A stretch of 64,000 nucleotides of DNA from the NCBI GenBank assembly GCA_943348815.1, contig CALQYT010000002.1, positions 37,129 through 101,128 on the forward strand, read 5' to 3'. Shown here piece by piece: positions 51,923 through 62,919 of this stretch. The DNA comes from Candidatus Nomurabacteria bacterium. Lineage in GTDB: Bacteria > Patescibacteriota > Minisyncoccia > Phycocordibacterales > SBAW01. Every line of letters starts with the position of its first letter. Position 1 is the stretch's first letter. A model generated the notes under the pieces. The model saw only the letters and a list, made by a program, of their open reading frames with translations. It did no database searches and had not been told where the DNA came from. The position numbers and the translations under genes were made by a program.

Positions 51923-52378
51923 TCAGACGTATTCGGCGCGTTCCTGGCGTTCCTTCTCGACCTTGTTGGTCGGCTTGGCCGGTAGGGTGAGGATGGTCGC
52001 TTCCTGACCAGCGAAGAGCGTGGTGAGCAGCACGATGTTACCGTCAGGGAATTCCAACGCATCGTGGTGGCGATCCTTGTGTTGCTGGTCCACCTGGATG
52101 AACGTCGCGACGCGCTCGGTGGCCTTAGGCGGCACGCCGATGATCCGCTTGGTCGCGCTCACCATCGCTTCGATCGGATTGGTGGTGACGGTACGGATCG
52201 CCTTATCGAAGCTCAGCTCAGTGCCGGGTAACACGCAGATAGCCGTAGCGCTGGCAGCCGCACCCTTGTCGTTGGTGGCGCGAAAGCCGTTGGTGCCGGT
52301 CATGAAGTTATGCGTCGTAATCTTGTCACCGACCACTGCGGGACGGGACTTGACACCCTTGAGGCTGTAATCGCACAT
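51923..52378 (-). CDS. conserved hypothetical protein (MCDYSL-type)
   Basis: MCDYSL..V.SRPA.VG...AICVLPGTEL...HHDALEFPDG; visibly GC-rich codons. Confidence 0.65.
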   Translation of the reverse strand: MCDYSLKGVKSRPAVVGDKITTHNFMTGTNGFRATNDKGAAASATAICVLPGTELSFDKAIRTVTTNPIEAMVSATKRIIGVPPKATERVATFIQVDQQHKDRHHDALEFPDGNIVLLTTLFAGQEATILTLPAKPTNKVEKERQERAEYV

Positions 52379-52573
52379 GGGGGTAGCCTTTCCTGTTGAT
52401 TTCAGACTATGGAGACGCGAACTGAGCCCTCCGTACTTAAGGGTACGCTCCTCTTTTAAAAACGCAAGCAAGAAAAAGCTTTTTGGTTTTATATGGATTT
52501 TCTTTACACCCAGAAACGTTTCTGCAATAGTTGATACGGAAGTCGGATTAACCACCAACCCCAGGGGGTAACC

Positions 52574-53392
52574 ATGGGTGTGATGTCGATCTCGGCAGCA
52601 ACCGTCAAACCAACGGCTGCAGTCGAATTCAAGATTGGCTGGGGCGCGGTGGGCGAGCAGTTTGCCACGGCGCTTTTTGAAGTTGAACCTCAGCTACGAG
52701 AGATCATCGAGCGGCAAGAGGTATCGATCGAGCCCCTGAAGAAGGCGTTTGCAATGGTGTTTCAATATACCACTGCGGTGCAGAGCGTACGCTTGGTCGG
52801 CAAGGCGGACTTCAGATCGTCGATGACTGATGAGACTCGAGGCGCGATCCTCAAGGATCAATCGATAGCAGATAACAGGGTTACTTTGCGAGTGATCCTG
52901 CACAAGAACTTCTATGTCGACCTGCGACTGGAACTTTCCCCGCCGGGAGTGCTCGCGCGTTCGGTGGTTCAGATGAATGACGGAGTGCGGGACTATGCCC
53001 CAGAACCTGAAGTAAATGCACTTCTTAAAGCCGATCAGGAGCGTTTTGATCGCCAAACTGAGGCGCTCAAAGATCTGTTGATTGAGTACTCCGCTACAAC
53101 GCTAGAAGACTATGTGCTAGTGGCGCTTGAGGCGTTCCTCAAGTCTGTCCGCGAAAGCAAAGTAAACGGTAAGCGTCGCACCGCTTTCTCTCGGGCACGT
53201 ATTGCTCAGGTGTTGACGCGAAGCTACAAGGAAATCTGTCCGACCGTCACCGCAGGCGAAAAGGCAGCCGAGCAGCTGATTGAGAAAGGGTTGGTACAGT
53301 CGGTGGAACGCAAGCACTCCAAACACACGCCCTCCAACCTGATTACCTTTACCCCGGCCGGCACGCAACGGCTTTTGGAGTTGAGGAAGTAG
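52574..53392 (+). CDS. orphan hypothetical protein
   Basis: 272-aa ORF with GGGGG SD and terminator at ~53398-53422; C-terminus possibly winged helix. Confidence 0.55.
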   Translation: MGVMSISAATVKPTAAVEFKIGWGAVGEQFATALFEVEPQLREIIERQEVSIEPLKKAFAMVFQYTTAVQSVRLVGKADFRSSMTDETRGAILKDQSIADNRVTLRVILHKNFYVDLRLELSPPGVLARSVVQMNDGVRDYAPEPEVNALLKADQERFDRQTEALKDLLIEYSATTLEDYVLVALEAFLKSVRESKVNGKRRTAFSRARIAQVLTRSYKEICPTVTAGEKAAEQLIEKGLVQSVERKHSKHTPSNLITFTPAGTQRLLELRK

Positions 53393-53631
53393 TTCGAGAG
53401 GCAGCACCGTGCTGCCTTTTTTGTTTTATAAAAACAGTGGCGGCGCCCATAAATGGACGCCGCTGGGGTAGATAGGGCATTCGAGGCTGCTCCGCACCTT
53501 GGTAAGAAACCCGCAATGGGTTGCCAACTACATGACACGCTCTCCTTGTGTCTAGGCGGTATATTGTACTCTTTATATTTTATTTGTCAAGTTTAGAAAA
53601 TTATGTAAAATAAGGAGGAAAAAAGGGCCCG

Positions 53632-53937
53632 CCCGACACACTAGAACGGCCTTGCAAGACGACATGTACTACGTCTATTTGTTGAAAAGTAGAAAAGATA
53701 AAAAATTGTACACGGGATACACTGACAACTTGCGTCGTCGTCTTGCAGAACATACCTCTGGTAAAAATATTTCTACCCGTTCACGTTTACCTCTCGATTT
53801 GATATATTACGAAGCGTACTTGTCGAAGGCTGACGCGATATCCCGAGAGCAGCGTCTCAAATCGTCACTTGGTGCTCGAACTGCACTTAATCGCAGAATA
53901 GGGGATAGCCTTCGACTAGGCCGTTCAGTGTGACGGG
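53632..53937 (+). mobile_element. 306-bp GIY-YIG element with terminal inverted repeats inserted in the 5' end of tRNA-Ala
   Basis: left end CCCGACACACTAGAACGGCCT, right end AGGCCGTTCAGTGTGACGGG; CCCG duplicated at 53628-53631 and 53938-53941. Confidence 0.75.
53664..53933 (+). CDS. stand-alone GIY-YIG nuclease
   Basis: MYYVYLLKS.KDKKLYTGYTDNLRRRLAEH...YYEAY...A..REQRLK. Confidence 0.92.
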   Translation: MYYVYLLKSRKDKKLYTGYTDNLRRRLAEHTSGKNISTRSRLPLDLIYYEAYLSKADAISREQRLKSSLGARTALNRRIGDSLRLGRSV

Positions 53938-54007
53938 CCCGTAGCTCACTTGGTAGAGCGCTTCCATGGCATGGAAGAGGTAACCGGTTCGATCCCGGTC
54001 GGGTCCA
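53935..54007 (+). tRNA. tRNA-Ala(GGC)
   Basis: cloverleaf identical to tRNA-Ala(TGC) outside the anticodon arm; loop ATGGCAT. Confidence 0.95.
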
Positions 54008-54073
54008 CAAAGTGCCACATTAATAGGTTTTTGTCTTCTTGTTGCTCATAAGGAACCCATTTATAGTGCCTTC

Positions 54074-57000
54074 ATGTATACCCATAAACTAGGGCTCGGG
54101 GGCACTTTTATTATCTCCGCATTCATTGGCTTTAGTTTATTTTTGGCCATTACCGCACACGCGGCAACGGTCTTGCATGTAGACAATACGGTTACTTGCG
54201 ATAACGCAACCGTAGATTCGTCCGTAACTCCTTTTTGTACGATTAGCGCAGCGGTGACTGCCGCAACTGCCGGCGACACGATCCAAGTTGCCGCAGGAAC
54301 GTATAACGAATCAGTGGTCATTGATAAAACCCTCACGCTGCAGGGTGCACAACAGGGTGTTGATGCGCGCACGCGCTCCGCGTCTGAATCTGTAATTAAT
54401 GGCACCAGCCCTATCGCGATCATGGCAGATAACGTCGTGATAGACGGTTTTACCATCCAAGGTTCAGATAGTAGTAGCTTTATCTCCGGTATTTGGGATA
54501 ACCCAAGTTACTCGGGTACTCATGGTGGGTTTCAGATTCTCAATAACATTATCCAAAACAATGTAAGCGGCATAGGAGTAGGCAATGACGGCACTATTCA
54601 AGCGTTAGTGGAGTACAACCTCATAAAAAACAACAATACCGCTGGCCCAGGAAGCGGCAACGGCTTTTCGGCTGCTTTTGAGACGAAAAACGTCGTGATC
54701 AGCTACAACACGTTTGACAACAACCAACTCTACGTAAACGGTTTTGAGTCATCGGGCAGCACCGGGGTACAGAATGTTACCGTTTCGTACAATGAAGTTG
54801 AAAATGTTTCCTCATCGGGCTTCTTCCTTATGGGTGCTTCGGGAATGACGCTCAGTGATAACGATATCCATGACAACGCAGGAAATGGTCTTTCTATGGC
54901 CGGTGCCGTTGATAGCACCACCATCTCAGGTAGTACGTTTAAAAATAATACCGGGTACGGAGTTAAGGTTTCGGACGACTACACGGTAGGAGCCAATAGC
55001 AATATTTCTGTGCAGACGAGCGACATAGAAGCCAATACTCTTGGGGGTCTTTTGGTTGATGTGGGCACTTATACGGGAACGCTCGATGCGTCTCAAAATT
55101 GGTGGGGAGCACTCTCAGGGCCGGCTAATGCAACTACTAACCTCTCTGGCACCGGTAACTCAGTGTCCGATGGGGTAACTTTTAAGCCCTGGTATATCGA
55201 TAGTGGTCTTACCACCCTCAGTAACGCGGCACCGACCATCGACACCTTTACCATCCTCGGTGATGGCACGGTCGATCAGGGCACCAAAACAGTTGCCGTA
55301 ACGGTAGCGTACGGCACCGATGTTACGGCGCTCACACCAACCTTTACCTTTACTGGTTCATCGGTCTCGCCAAACAGTGGTGTGGTAAACAATTTTTCGA
55401 CTCCGCAAATTTATCCGCGTATTCTATCGACGGCACGGTAACCGAGGCTTACACCGTCACGGTCAAGCAAGCACAAGCGATCTCGCCTATTATTTCTGCA
55501 CCGGCGAGCGCCAACTACAAATCGAGTTTTAATGTCGCGGCTATAGCCAACTCAGGCCTGAGTGTTGCTATCACTACGACCGGCGGTTGCTCGGGCAGCG
55601 GCACGGGTGCAGCAGCTATAACCATGACGAGCGGCACGACCGCTTGCGTGGTGCACTACAACCAAGCCGGCAATGCGTCATACGCTGCAGCCACCGAGGT
55701 AACCGAATCAACCACGGCACAAAAGCTCCCCCTTACGGTCACGGGCGTCACCGCAAACGACAAAGTGTATGATGCCGGCATAGTGGCATCACTCAACACC
55801 GGCAGCGCGGTATTGGTAGGCGTTGCAAGTGGTGACACCGTTAACCTCAATGTCGCAAGTGCCGCGGGAGCCTTTGCCAACAAAAACATAGGTTCTAACA
55901 AAACAGTAACGATTACCGGTATTACGACCGATGCAAACGCCAACAATTACTCACTCTCTCAGCCAAGCACAACTGCTTCTATTACTGCCCGCGCACTCAC
56001 TATTACGGCAAACACGGATACCAAAGGATACGACGGCACCACCAACTCGAGTGTCGCGCCGACGATCACCTCGGGAGTTATACAAGGCAGCGACGCGAAT
56101 GGTTTTTCTCAAGCCTTTAGCACCAAAAACGTTGGCACCGGCAAAACCTTGGTCCCGAGCGGTGTCGTCAACGACGGCAACAGCGGCAACAACTACACCT
56201 ACACGTTTGTTAATAACACCACGGGTGTTGTTACGGCCGCGCCGCTTACGTTGACCGCACAAATTAACACCAAGGTGTACGACAGCACCACCAGCGCTGC
56301 AGCGGTGCCTACGATCTCGGGCCTTCAAACAGGCGACAGCGTAACTAGCCTTACTGAAACCTACAACACGGCAAGCGTTGGTACGGGCAAGTCGCTCTTT
56401 GTCTCGACCTACACGGTTAATGACGGCAACAGTGGCAACAACTACAGTGTTTTGTTGATCTCAACCAACTCTGGTGTCATCACGGCGCGGCCGATTACGG
56501 TTACGGCAGATGCGCAGTCTAAAACGTATGGCTCAAGCGACCCCACGTTGACTTACCAAATTACCTCGGGCGCGTTGCAGGGGAGTGATACGATCTCTGG
56601 CTCGTTGACGCGTACTGTGGGTGAGACAGTCGCCAGCTCGCCGTACGCAATTGCGCAGGGTACGCTCAGCGCGGGTAGCAATTACTCGCTCACCTTTGTT
56701 CCTTCGACTCTGACGATCAATAAAAAGGCGTTGACCGTAAGCGGTATCACCGCAAGCAAGGTTTATGACGCAAGTACGGCAGCTACGCTCGTTACCTCGG
56801 GCGCATCATTTACCGGTGTGGTCGGTAGTGATGCAGTCACTCTGGATAGCTCGGCGGTCTCGGCTGCAACTTACGCTGATAAAAATGTCGGTACCGGCAA
56901 AAGCATCTCTTACAGCGGCTCTTTTGCGCTCGGTGGTGCTGATTCGGGCAACTACACGCTGACGCAACCGGCTATTACGGGCACTATCACGCAGAAGGCG

Positions 57001-58599
57001 CTTACGGTTTCGGCAACGGGTATCAATAAAACCTACGATGCTACGACCGCGGCTACCGTCACACTTTCTGACGACAAAATTTCTGGCGACACCGTCACCG
57101 ACAGCTACACAACGGCGACGTTTGACACCAAAAATGTTGGCAGCGGCAAGACCGTAAGCGTTAGCGGTATATCGATCAGTGGCACGGATGCGGGTAACTA
57201 CTCCTTCAACACCACGGCAGCGACGACCGCCACGATCATCCAAAAAGCCCTCACGATAACGGCACAGACCAACACCAAAACGTACGATGCAACCACCGTT
57301 GCCGCAGCAACGCCGTTAGTATCAGGCTTGCAGGGTAGTGACACGGTAACCGGTCTTGCCGAGACGTATGCCAACGCTAATGTCGGCACTAGCAAAACAC
57401 TCTCGGTTTCGGCATACACGGTTAATGACGGCAACAGTGGCAACAACTACGCGGTCTCGAGTGTTAACGACACGACTGGCGTGATCAGCCAAAAAGCTAT
57501 TACCGTAACTGCTACCGACACCAGCAAAGTCTACGGAAGTTCTGATCCTGCGCTGGCTTACACTGCGAGCACACTTTCGGGCAGTGATACTTATAGCGGC
57601 ACCCTTGCACGTGTTGCGGGCGAGACGGTCGGTACCTACGCCATAGGGCAGGGGACGGTAAATGCGGGTAGCAACTACAACATCACCTTTACTGCCGGCA
57701 CGTTTACCATCACGATCGGTCCTAGCAGCTCGGCGGTTGTTTTGACCACCACAACCAATCTTGATGGCACCAAGTCGGGTACGACCCCAACCTCCAGCAA
57801 TACCTCGACCTCGACCCCAACTGAAGGGAAGAACATCACGGTTAGCATCCCGTCTGGTTTGACGGTCACCGGTCCTTCGACCTGGGACGGCTCGATCAAC
57901 TTCCTCCCCGCTGATGTTGGTGCCGTATCGCCAGTGGCGCCATCGGGCAGCTCGGTAGTTGAGCAAGGTTCCATCAATCTTGGGTTTGGCGACAGCACGC
58001 TGACCTTCGACAAAGGAGTACGCATACTCTTTAGTGGTAAAGCAGGCAACCTGGTGGGTTACTCGCACGGCGCGGGTACCTTTACCGAAATAACCGCCGC
58101 ATGTACGGCTGATACACAGGCCGCGGGCGATGCACTCTCCACAGGTGGTGATTGCAAAATGGACGTAGGTTCCGACCTCGTAGTCTGGACCAAACACTTC
58201 TCGGCCTTTACGCTCTACACCTTAAAATCGACAACCTCTTCGTCGGGCGGGGGTGGTAATGGTCCTGTTGCGGGCGGCGGTGGCGGAGGAGGAGGTTCTA
58301 ACTTCTCCACGCCAGCTTCGGTATCTGCAACCTCAAACGGGGGAGGCGAGGTATTGGGTGCAGAAGGATTCAAATTCACCCTCAATCTCTCGCTCGGTAT
58401 GCACAACAGCGATGTGACCGAACTCCAAAAACTACTGATCGCGCAGGGCTTCCTTAAAGTTGCCGCGCCGACGGGATGGTTTGGTCCGCTCACGCAAGCA
58501 GCGGTAAAGAAATATCAAACGGCGCATAAGATCTCTGCTACCGGTTTTGTTGGTCCGCTCACGCGCGCGCAACTCAATCTGGATATCGCCAAGCAATAA
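54074..58599 (+). pseudogene. large surface adhesin (beta-helix, YDG/MBG-type repeats, peptidoglycan-binding C-terminus) with frameshift near 55410
   Basis: signal peptide, TISAAV..A..GDTI.VAAGTYNE, NWWG; repeated K.YD.T..A and K.YG.SDP units; C-terminal DVTELQKLL..G.FGPLTQAAVKKYQ. Confidence 0.8.
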
Positions 58600-58626
58600 A
58601 AAAATCTTTGGTGATACACTGAAGGA

Positions 58627-59538
58627 ATGTCAGGGGGCGAATTGCTGCAGCTAAGCATCTATATTTTTCAGCAAGCGGGCATCATGCTCGGCATTGGCGC
58701 GCAGACCGTAATACTCTGTACGCATTTGCTCGTGCTGCACCGCCATGAAAGTGAGTCGACTGAAGTTACGCTCGAGAGCGCCGCACGCACCACGTTGTGG
58801 ATTAGCTTTGCCCTGATTATATTGTCGGGCTTGGGTGCGGTTGCGCTGCATTGGCAGGCGGTGCAGTTGGAAATTTTGCTCGCGCCCGCGTTCTTGTTTA
58901 AGTGGATACTGATCTTGGTACTCTTGTTTGCCCTCGCGCTCGAAAGCACTCTTGGACATTGGAATGATGCCGCGCGCGGTTTTGTGGGGGCAACCTGGTA
59001 TGCACTTTTTGTGATACATACACTCGGGCTTGCGAGTTCGTGGCTAACGCTCGGCATACTGTATGCGGTGTGGCTTGTCTTTTTTGGCCTCGTGTGGAGT
59101 GTGTTTGTGTGGATGTTGCGCCGACACAATGGGGGAGTTATTCCTGAAATTAAAAAAGAAGTTCCAAAGCCTGTTCCTCCGCCCAAGCCCTTGCCCCCTC
59201 CTCCACCTATACCAAAACCTATACCTCCGCCACCTCCGTCCCCACCTCCCAAACCCATTCCTCCCCCCGCACCTTTACCGATGGTAATACCGCCCCCGCC
59301 TCCTCCTAAACCAGTACCACCACCTGCTCCGGTCGTACCTCCACCTCCTGCCTTGCCCGCCGTAGCCTTGGCGAAGGAGGGACCTAAACCTCTGGTCCCT
59401 CAGCCGATAATCGCCACAACGCCTGCACCTACCACTACAGAGCCTGTCCATAACCCCGACGTCCCCGCATTGCGCATCATGCCGCAGAAGCCTGAGGATA
59501 TCGGCAACGCGACACGCCCTCAGGTGGTAAAATCCTAA
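58627..59538 (+). CDS. membrane protein with Pro-rich C-terminal tail
   Basis: 5 TM segments, then ~70 aa of polyproline-type sequence. Confidence 0.65.
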   Translation: MSGGELLQLSIYIFQQAGIMLGIGAQTVILCTHLLVLHRHESESTEVTLESAARTTLWISFALIILSGLGAVALHWQAVQLEILLAPAFLFKWILILVLLFALALESTLGHWNDAARGFVGATWYALFVIHTLGLASSWLTLGILYAVWLVFFGLVWSVFVWMLRRHNGGVIPEIKKEVPKPVPPPKPLPPPPPIPKPIPPPPPSPPPKPIPPPAPLPMVIPPPPPPKPVPPPAPVVPPPPALPAVALAKEGPKPLVPQPIIATTPAPTTTEPVHNPDVPALRIMPQKPEDIGNATRPQVVKS

Positions 59539-59542
59539 CAGC

Positions 59543-60157
59543 ATGGGATTTTTTACCGACCACGGAAGGCGCAAGATTGTACTTTTGTTGGGACACCCCA
59601 ATAGCGATCCGACACTCTCGAGCGAGTTAGCGCTTATTTACGAAGCGGCGGCCAAAAAAGCCGGGCACGAGGTTAAGCGGTTTAACTTAACCGATATAAA
59701 GTTTGACCCGATTTTGCACAAAGGATACAAAGCGATCCAAGAGCTCGAGCCCGATATAAAAAATTTGCAGGAGGCAATAAGGTGGTGCGATCATTTTGTA
59801 CTTATTTATCCAAACTGGTGGCAAACCATGCCCGCGCTCTTAAAAGGATTAATCGACCGCCTATGGTTGCCGGGATTTGCGTTTAATATGCGCAAAGATA
59901 AAAACGGCAAGCAAACAATTGGCTGGTACAAACGGCTCAAAGGCAAAACGGCGCGCGTGTTTGTGCTCTCGGGCTCGCACCCGCTGCTTATCTGGCTCTT
60001 TTTTGGCGATTACACTAACGAAATTAAGATGGGGATTTTGTGGTTTGCCGGATTTAAGACAAAAGTTTCGCGCTTTGGCCCGACCGACCAAGCGCCCGAA
60101 TGGAAGAAAAACGAATGGCGCAAAAAAGTGGCACGGCTTGCGACGTTAGGGGAGTAA
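59543..60157 (+). CDS. flavodoxin-like NAD(P)H-dependent (quinone) oxidoreductase
   Basis: LGHP, YPNWW..MPALLKG.IDR...PGFAF, LKGKTAR. Confidence 0.88.
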   Translation: MGFFTDHGRRKIVLLLGHPNSDPTLSSELALIYEAAAKKAGHEVKRFNLTDIKFDPILHKGYKAIQELEPDIKNLQEAIRWCDHFVLIYPNWWQTMPALLKGLIDRLWLPGFAFNMRKDKNGKQTIGWYKRLKGKTARVFVLSGSHPLLIWLFFGDYTNEIKMGILWFAGFKTKVSRFGPTDQAPEWKKNEWRKKVARLATLGE

Positions 60158-60269
60158 CCCTTCGACAAGCTCAGGGTAAATTAAAAATCGCCCCGCGCTC
60201 ACTTAGTGAGTAACATCAGGGCGACGATACCAATGCCGATACAGACCCCGCCTAATACAAGGCGCCACA

Positions 60270-60512
60270 TCAATTTCGCGGGATGGGGCCGGGGGAAGTG
60301 ATATTCGGCGCTGGCTCCGAGCTGCGGGGATTCGTGGGCGTATTCGGCCCACGGCCGAAGACGAACACCAGCAGCAGGGCCATCACGATGCCGCCGGCAA
60401 TCCAGCCCCAGACGGCATTGGAATTTTCGAGCTCTTGCATGCGGCGGCGGCGTTCGTCCGCCGAAACTGGTTGGTCAGAAAGGCGCGGGTCGGTGTAGCG
60501 GGGGTCCGACAT
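60270..60512 (-). CDS. small single-TM protein
   Basis: MSDPRYTDPRLSD...WGWIAGG; strong GAGGAG SD; GC-rich. Confidence 0.6.
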   Translation of the reverse strand: MSDPRYTDPRLSDQPVSADERRRRMQELENSNAVWGWIAGGIVMALLLVFVFGRGPNTPTNPRSSEPAPNITSPGPIPRN

Positions 60513-60979
60513 GGTCGGTGCTCCTCTATGGGTGGACCGTGTACTCAGTACGGAAAGAATAATAGGACAAAGTAGAAAATTGTCAAAAGTGTAAATTAAA
60601 AATCGCCGCAGAACAAGTCTACGGCGGAAAACTAACGGATGATCAGTGGTGCGAAGAGGGAGAAGGCTACTATGGGAATCACCACAGCCATACCCAGTCG
60701 AATAGCCCAATCATTCTCCGGCTCGGCGTCTCCGCTCCACTCGAGGTCTTGTTGGTGCATGCGGCAGCTCCTTAGCGCGGTTGCGTGGTGACGTAGGTGT
60801 TACTTTTCGGAGTAACTTTTTTAGCACCTCCGAAAAACGGTGACAATAAAACGCCAACTATACCAATCAGAACCCACGTCAGTGGTTTCTGAAGGAGGGT
60901 GTTTATGCGTGAAAACATCTTTCCCCCGCGGGTGTTGGTGATTGCGAAACTTGTTCTGACTTGATAATGTAATCCATAC

Positions 60980-61924
60980 ATGAGTTTGTCAATTGGCATT
61001 GTGGGGCTTCCCAACGTGGGGAAGTCGACCCTTTTTCAGGCGCTTACTAAAAAGAGCGTGCTTATTGCTAACTACCCGTTTGCAACAATCGACCCCTCAG
61101 TTGGGGTGGTTGCGGTGCCTGATGAGCGGCGCGAAAAGCTGGCTGCGCTCAGCGAATCCAAAAAAGACATTCCTGCGGCAATAGAGTTTGTCGACATTGC
61201 GGGGTTGGTACGCGGCGCAAGCGAGGGTGAAGGGTTGGGCAACCAGTTTCTCTCGCACATTCGTGCCGTGGATGCTATTGCGCATGTAGTGCGGATTTTT
61301 GAAAACCCAAACATCACCAACACCCAGCAGCTTATAGACCCGCTTGCCGACATCGAGCTTATCAACGCCGAGTTGATGCTTTCTGATATCGAACAAAAGG
61401 ATAAATCCAGATTACTGGCGACCAAACCGGTGTTGTATGTTTTAAATAAAGAAGCAGAGGGTCATAACTTAAGTGACACACCCGACGATGGGCGTTGGAT
61501 ACGGTTGATGGATTTTTTGAAGGATAAAAAGTATGTGATAGTCGATGCCAATGTCGAAAACGAGCTGCGCGAGCTGCACATCGACGACAAACAACAGTTT
61601 CGGCAGGAGTATGGGATGTTTGATGACGGCATTAACGCGCTTATCCGCGCCGGTTATGAGTTGCTGGGGCTTATGTCATTTTTTACAACCGGCAAAGATG
61701 AAACACGCGCTTGGACTATCAAAGTAGGTTCAACGGCCCCGCGTGCGGCTGCAGCCATACACACCGATTTTGAAACTAAGTTTATTCGAGCCGAAGTAAT
61801 TAACTGGCAAAAGCTGCTTGAGGCAAAAAGTTGGTCAAAAGCGCGCGATTTGGGTTGGATAAGAACAGAAGGAAAAGAGTACATTGTCCAGGACGGCGAT
61901 GTGATAGAATTTCTGCATGGATAA
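60980..61924 (+). CDS. ychF: redox-regulated ATPase YchF (short form)
   Basis: GIVGLPNVGKST, ANYPFATI, DIAGLV.GAS.GEGLGN, TGS domain EGKEYIVQDGD. Confidence 0.95.
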   Translation: MSLSIGIVGLPNVGKSTLFQALTKKSVLIANYPFATIDPSVGVVAVPDERREKLAALSESKKDIPAAIEFVDIAGLVRGASEGEGLGNQFLSHIRAVDAIAHVVRIFENPNITNTQQLIDPLADIELINAELMLSDIEQKDKSRLLATKPVLYVLNKEAEGHNLSDTPDDGRWIRLMDFLKDKKYVIVDANVENELRELHIDDKQQFRQEYGMFDDGINALIRAGYELLGLMSFFTTGKDETRAWTIKVGSTAPRAAAAIHTDFETKFIRAEVINWQKLLEAKSWSKARDLGWIRTEGKEYIVQDGDVIEFLHG

Positions 61925-62858
61925 ACCTAAAGCAACGCCGAAGGATTTCTTTTTGTGGGTAGGGGCGATGGTTGCTTTATACGTAGGTGTTTTTTCTTTT
62001 ATTGGTCTTTTGTTCGACTATCTTAACTACGTTTTCCCCGACACCGCACTTTCGTACTCGTTTAACCCGTATCAGGGTTCTATCAGCTACGAGATGGCAA
62101 GTTTGATAGTGCTTGCGCCCGTTTTCTTGATACTGATGCGCGTTATCCGCCGCTCTATGCAAACCGACCCGTCTCGACGCGAAATTTGGGTACGCCGTTG
62201 GGTGTTGTTTCTTACACTCTTTGTTGCCGGCGCCACGGTCGTTGTCGACCTGATCGTGCTACTCAATACCTTTCTGCAAGGCGAGGAACTCTCGATGCGG
62301 TTTATCTTGAAAGTTCTGGTAGTACTGTTGGTGATGAGCGCGGGCTTTATGCACTTTATGGCCGACCTCTGGGGTTATTGGGAGCAGTTTCCGCAACGTG
62401 CCAAATCGGTATCGTGGGGAGTTGCGGCGCTCGTGGTGCTTAGCATTGTCGCTGGTTTTGTAATAATTGGCTCGCCGCAGACGCAGCGCAATTATCGTCT
62501 CGACGAGCAGCGGGTTTCTGATCTCCAGGGTATTCAATCGCAGATAATTTATTATTGGCAGCAAAAGGGTTCGTTGCCCGCGCAGCTCGCTGACTTAAGT
62601 GATTCATTATCCTATTACACGATCCCGGTCGATCCGCAGACCAAACAGTCGTATGAGTACAAACGGCAGTCGCCTCTGGACTTTACCTTGTGCGCTACAT
62701 TCGCCACAGAAAACATGACAGATTCGCCGACTGCTGGCCCCGCGTCTTCTCCAAATCGTGTTGGCACTTCGGACAAATGGCAGCATGGCGAAGGACAAGT
62801 CTGTTTTGACCGCTCCATCGACCCGCAACTCTACCCGCCGGTTCCAAAAGGGCGGTAA
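61917..62858 (+). CDS. DUF5671-like membrane protein with pilin-like C-terminal part
   Basis: KDFFL, multiple TMs, GSP..QR..RLD..RVSDL, DP.T..YEY, LCATF. Confidence 0.7.
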   Translation: MDKPKATPKDFFLWVGAMVALYVGVFSFIGLLFDYLNYVFPDTALSYSFNPYQGSISYEMASLIVLAPVFLILMRVIRRSMQTDPSRREIWVRRWVLFLTLFVAGATVVVDLIVLLNTFLQGEELSMRFILKVLVVLLVMSAGFMHFMADLWGYWEQFPQRAKSVSWGVAALVVLSIVAGFVIIGSPQTQRNYRLDEQRVSDLQGIQSQIIYYWQQKGSLPAQLADLSDSLSYYTIPVDPQTKQSYEYKRQSPLDFTLCATFATENMTDSPTAGPASSPNRVGTSDKWQHGEGQVCFDRSIDPQLYPPVPKGR

Positions 62859-62919
62859 AAAGAATTAAAAAAAGACACCTGCTGACAAAGTGGGTGTTTT
62901 TGTGTTATTTTGATATTCA

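Noticed and set aside
55700-57720. Near-identical DNA repeats (AACGACGGCAACAG.GGCAACAACTAC) as DGR template/variable repeats
   Set aside because: They are coding repeats of adhesin domains, with no adenine-specific mismatch pattern evident and no reverse transcriptase in the window.
59160-59360. C-rich low-complexity tract as a DNA element
   Set aside because: Explained by polyproline coding with varied synonymous codons.
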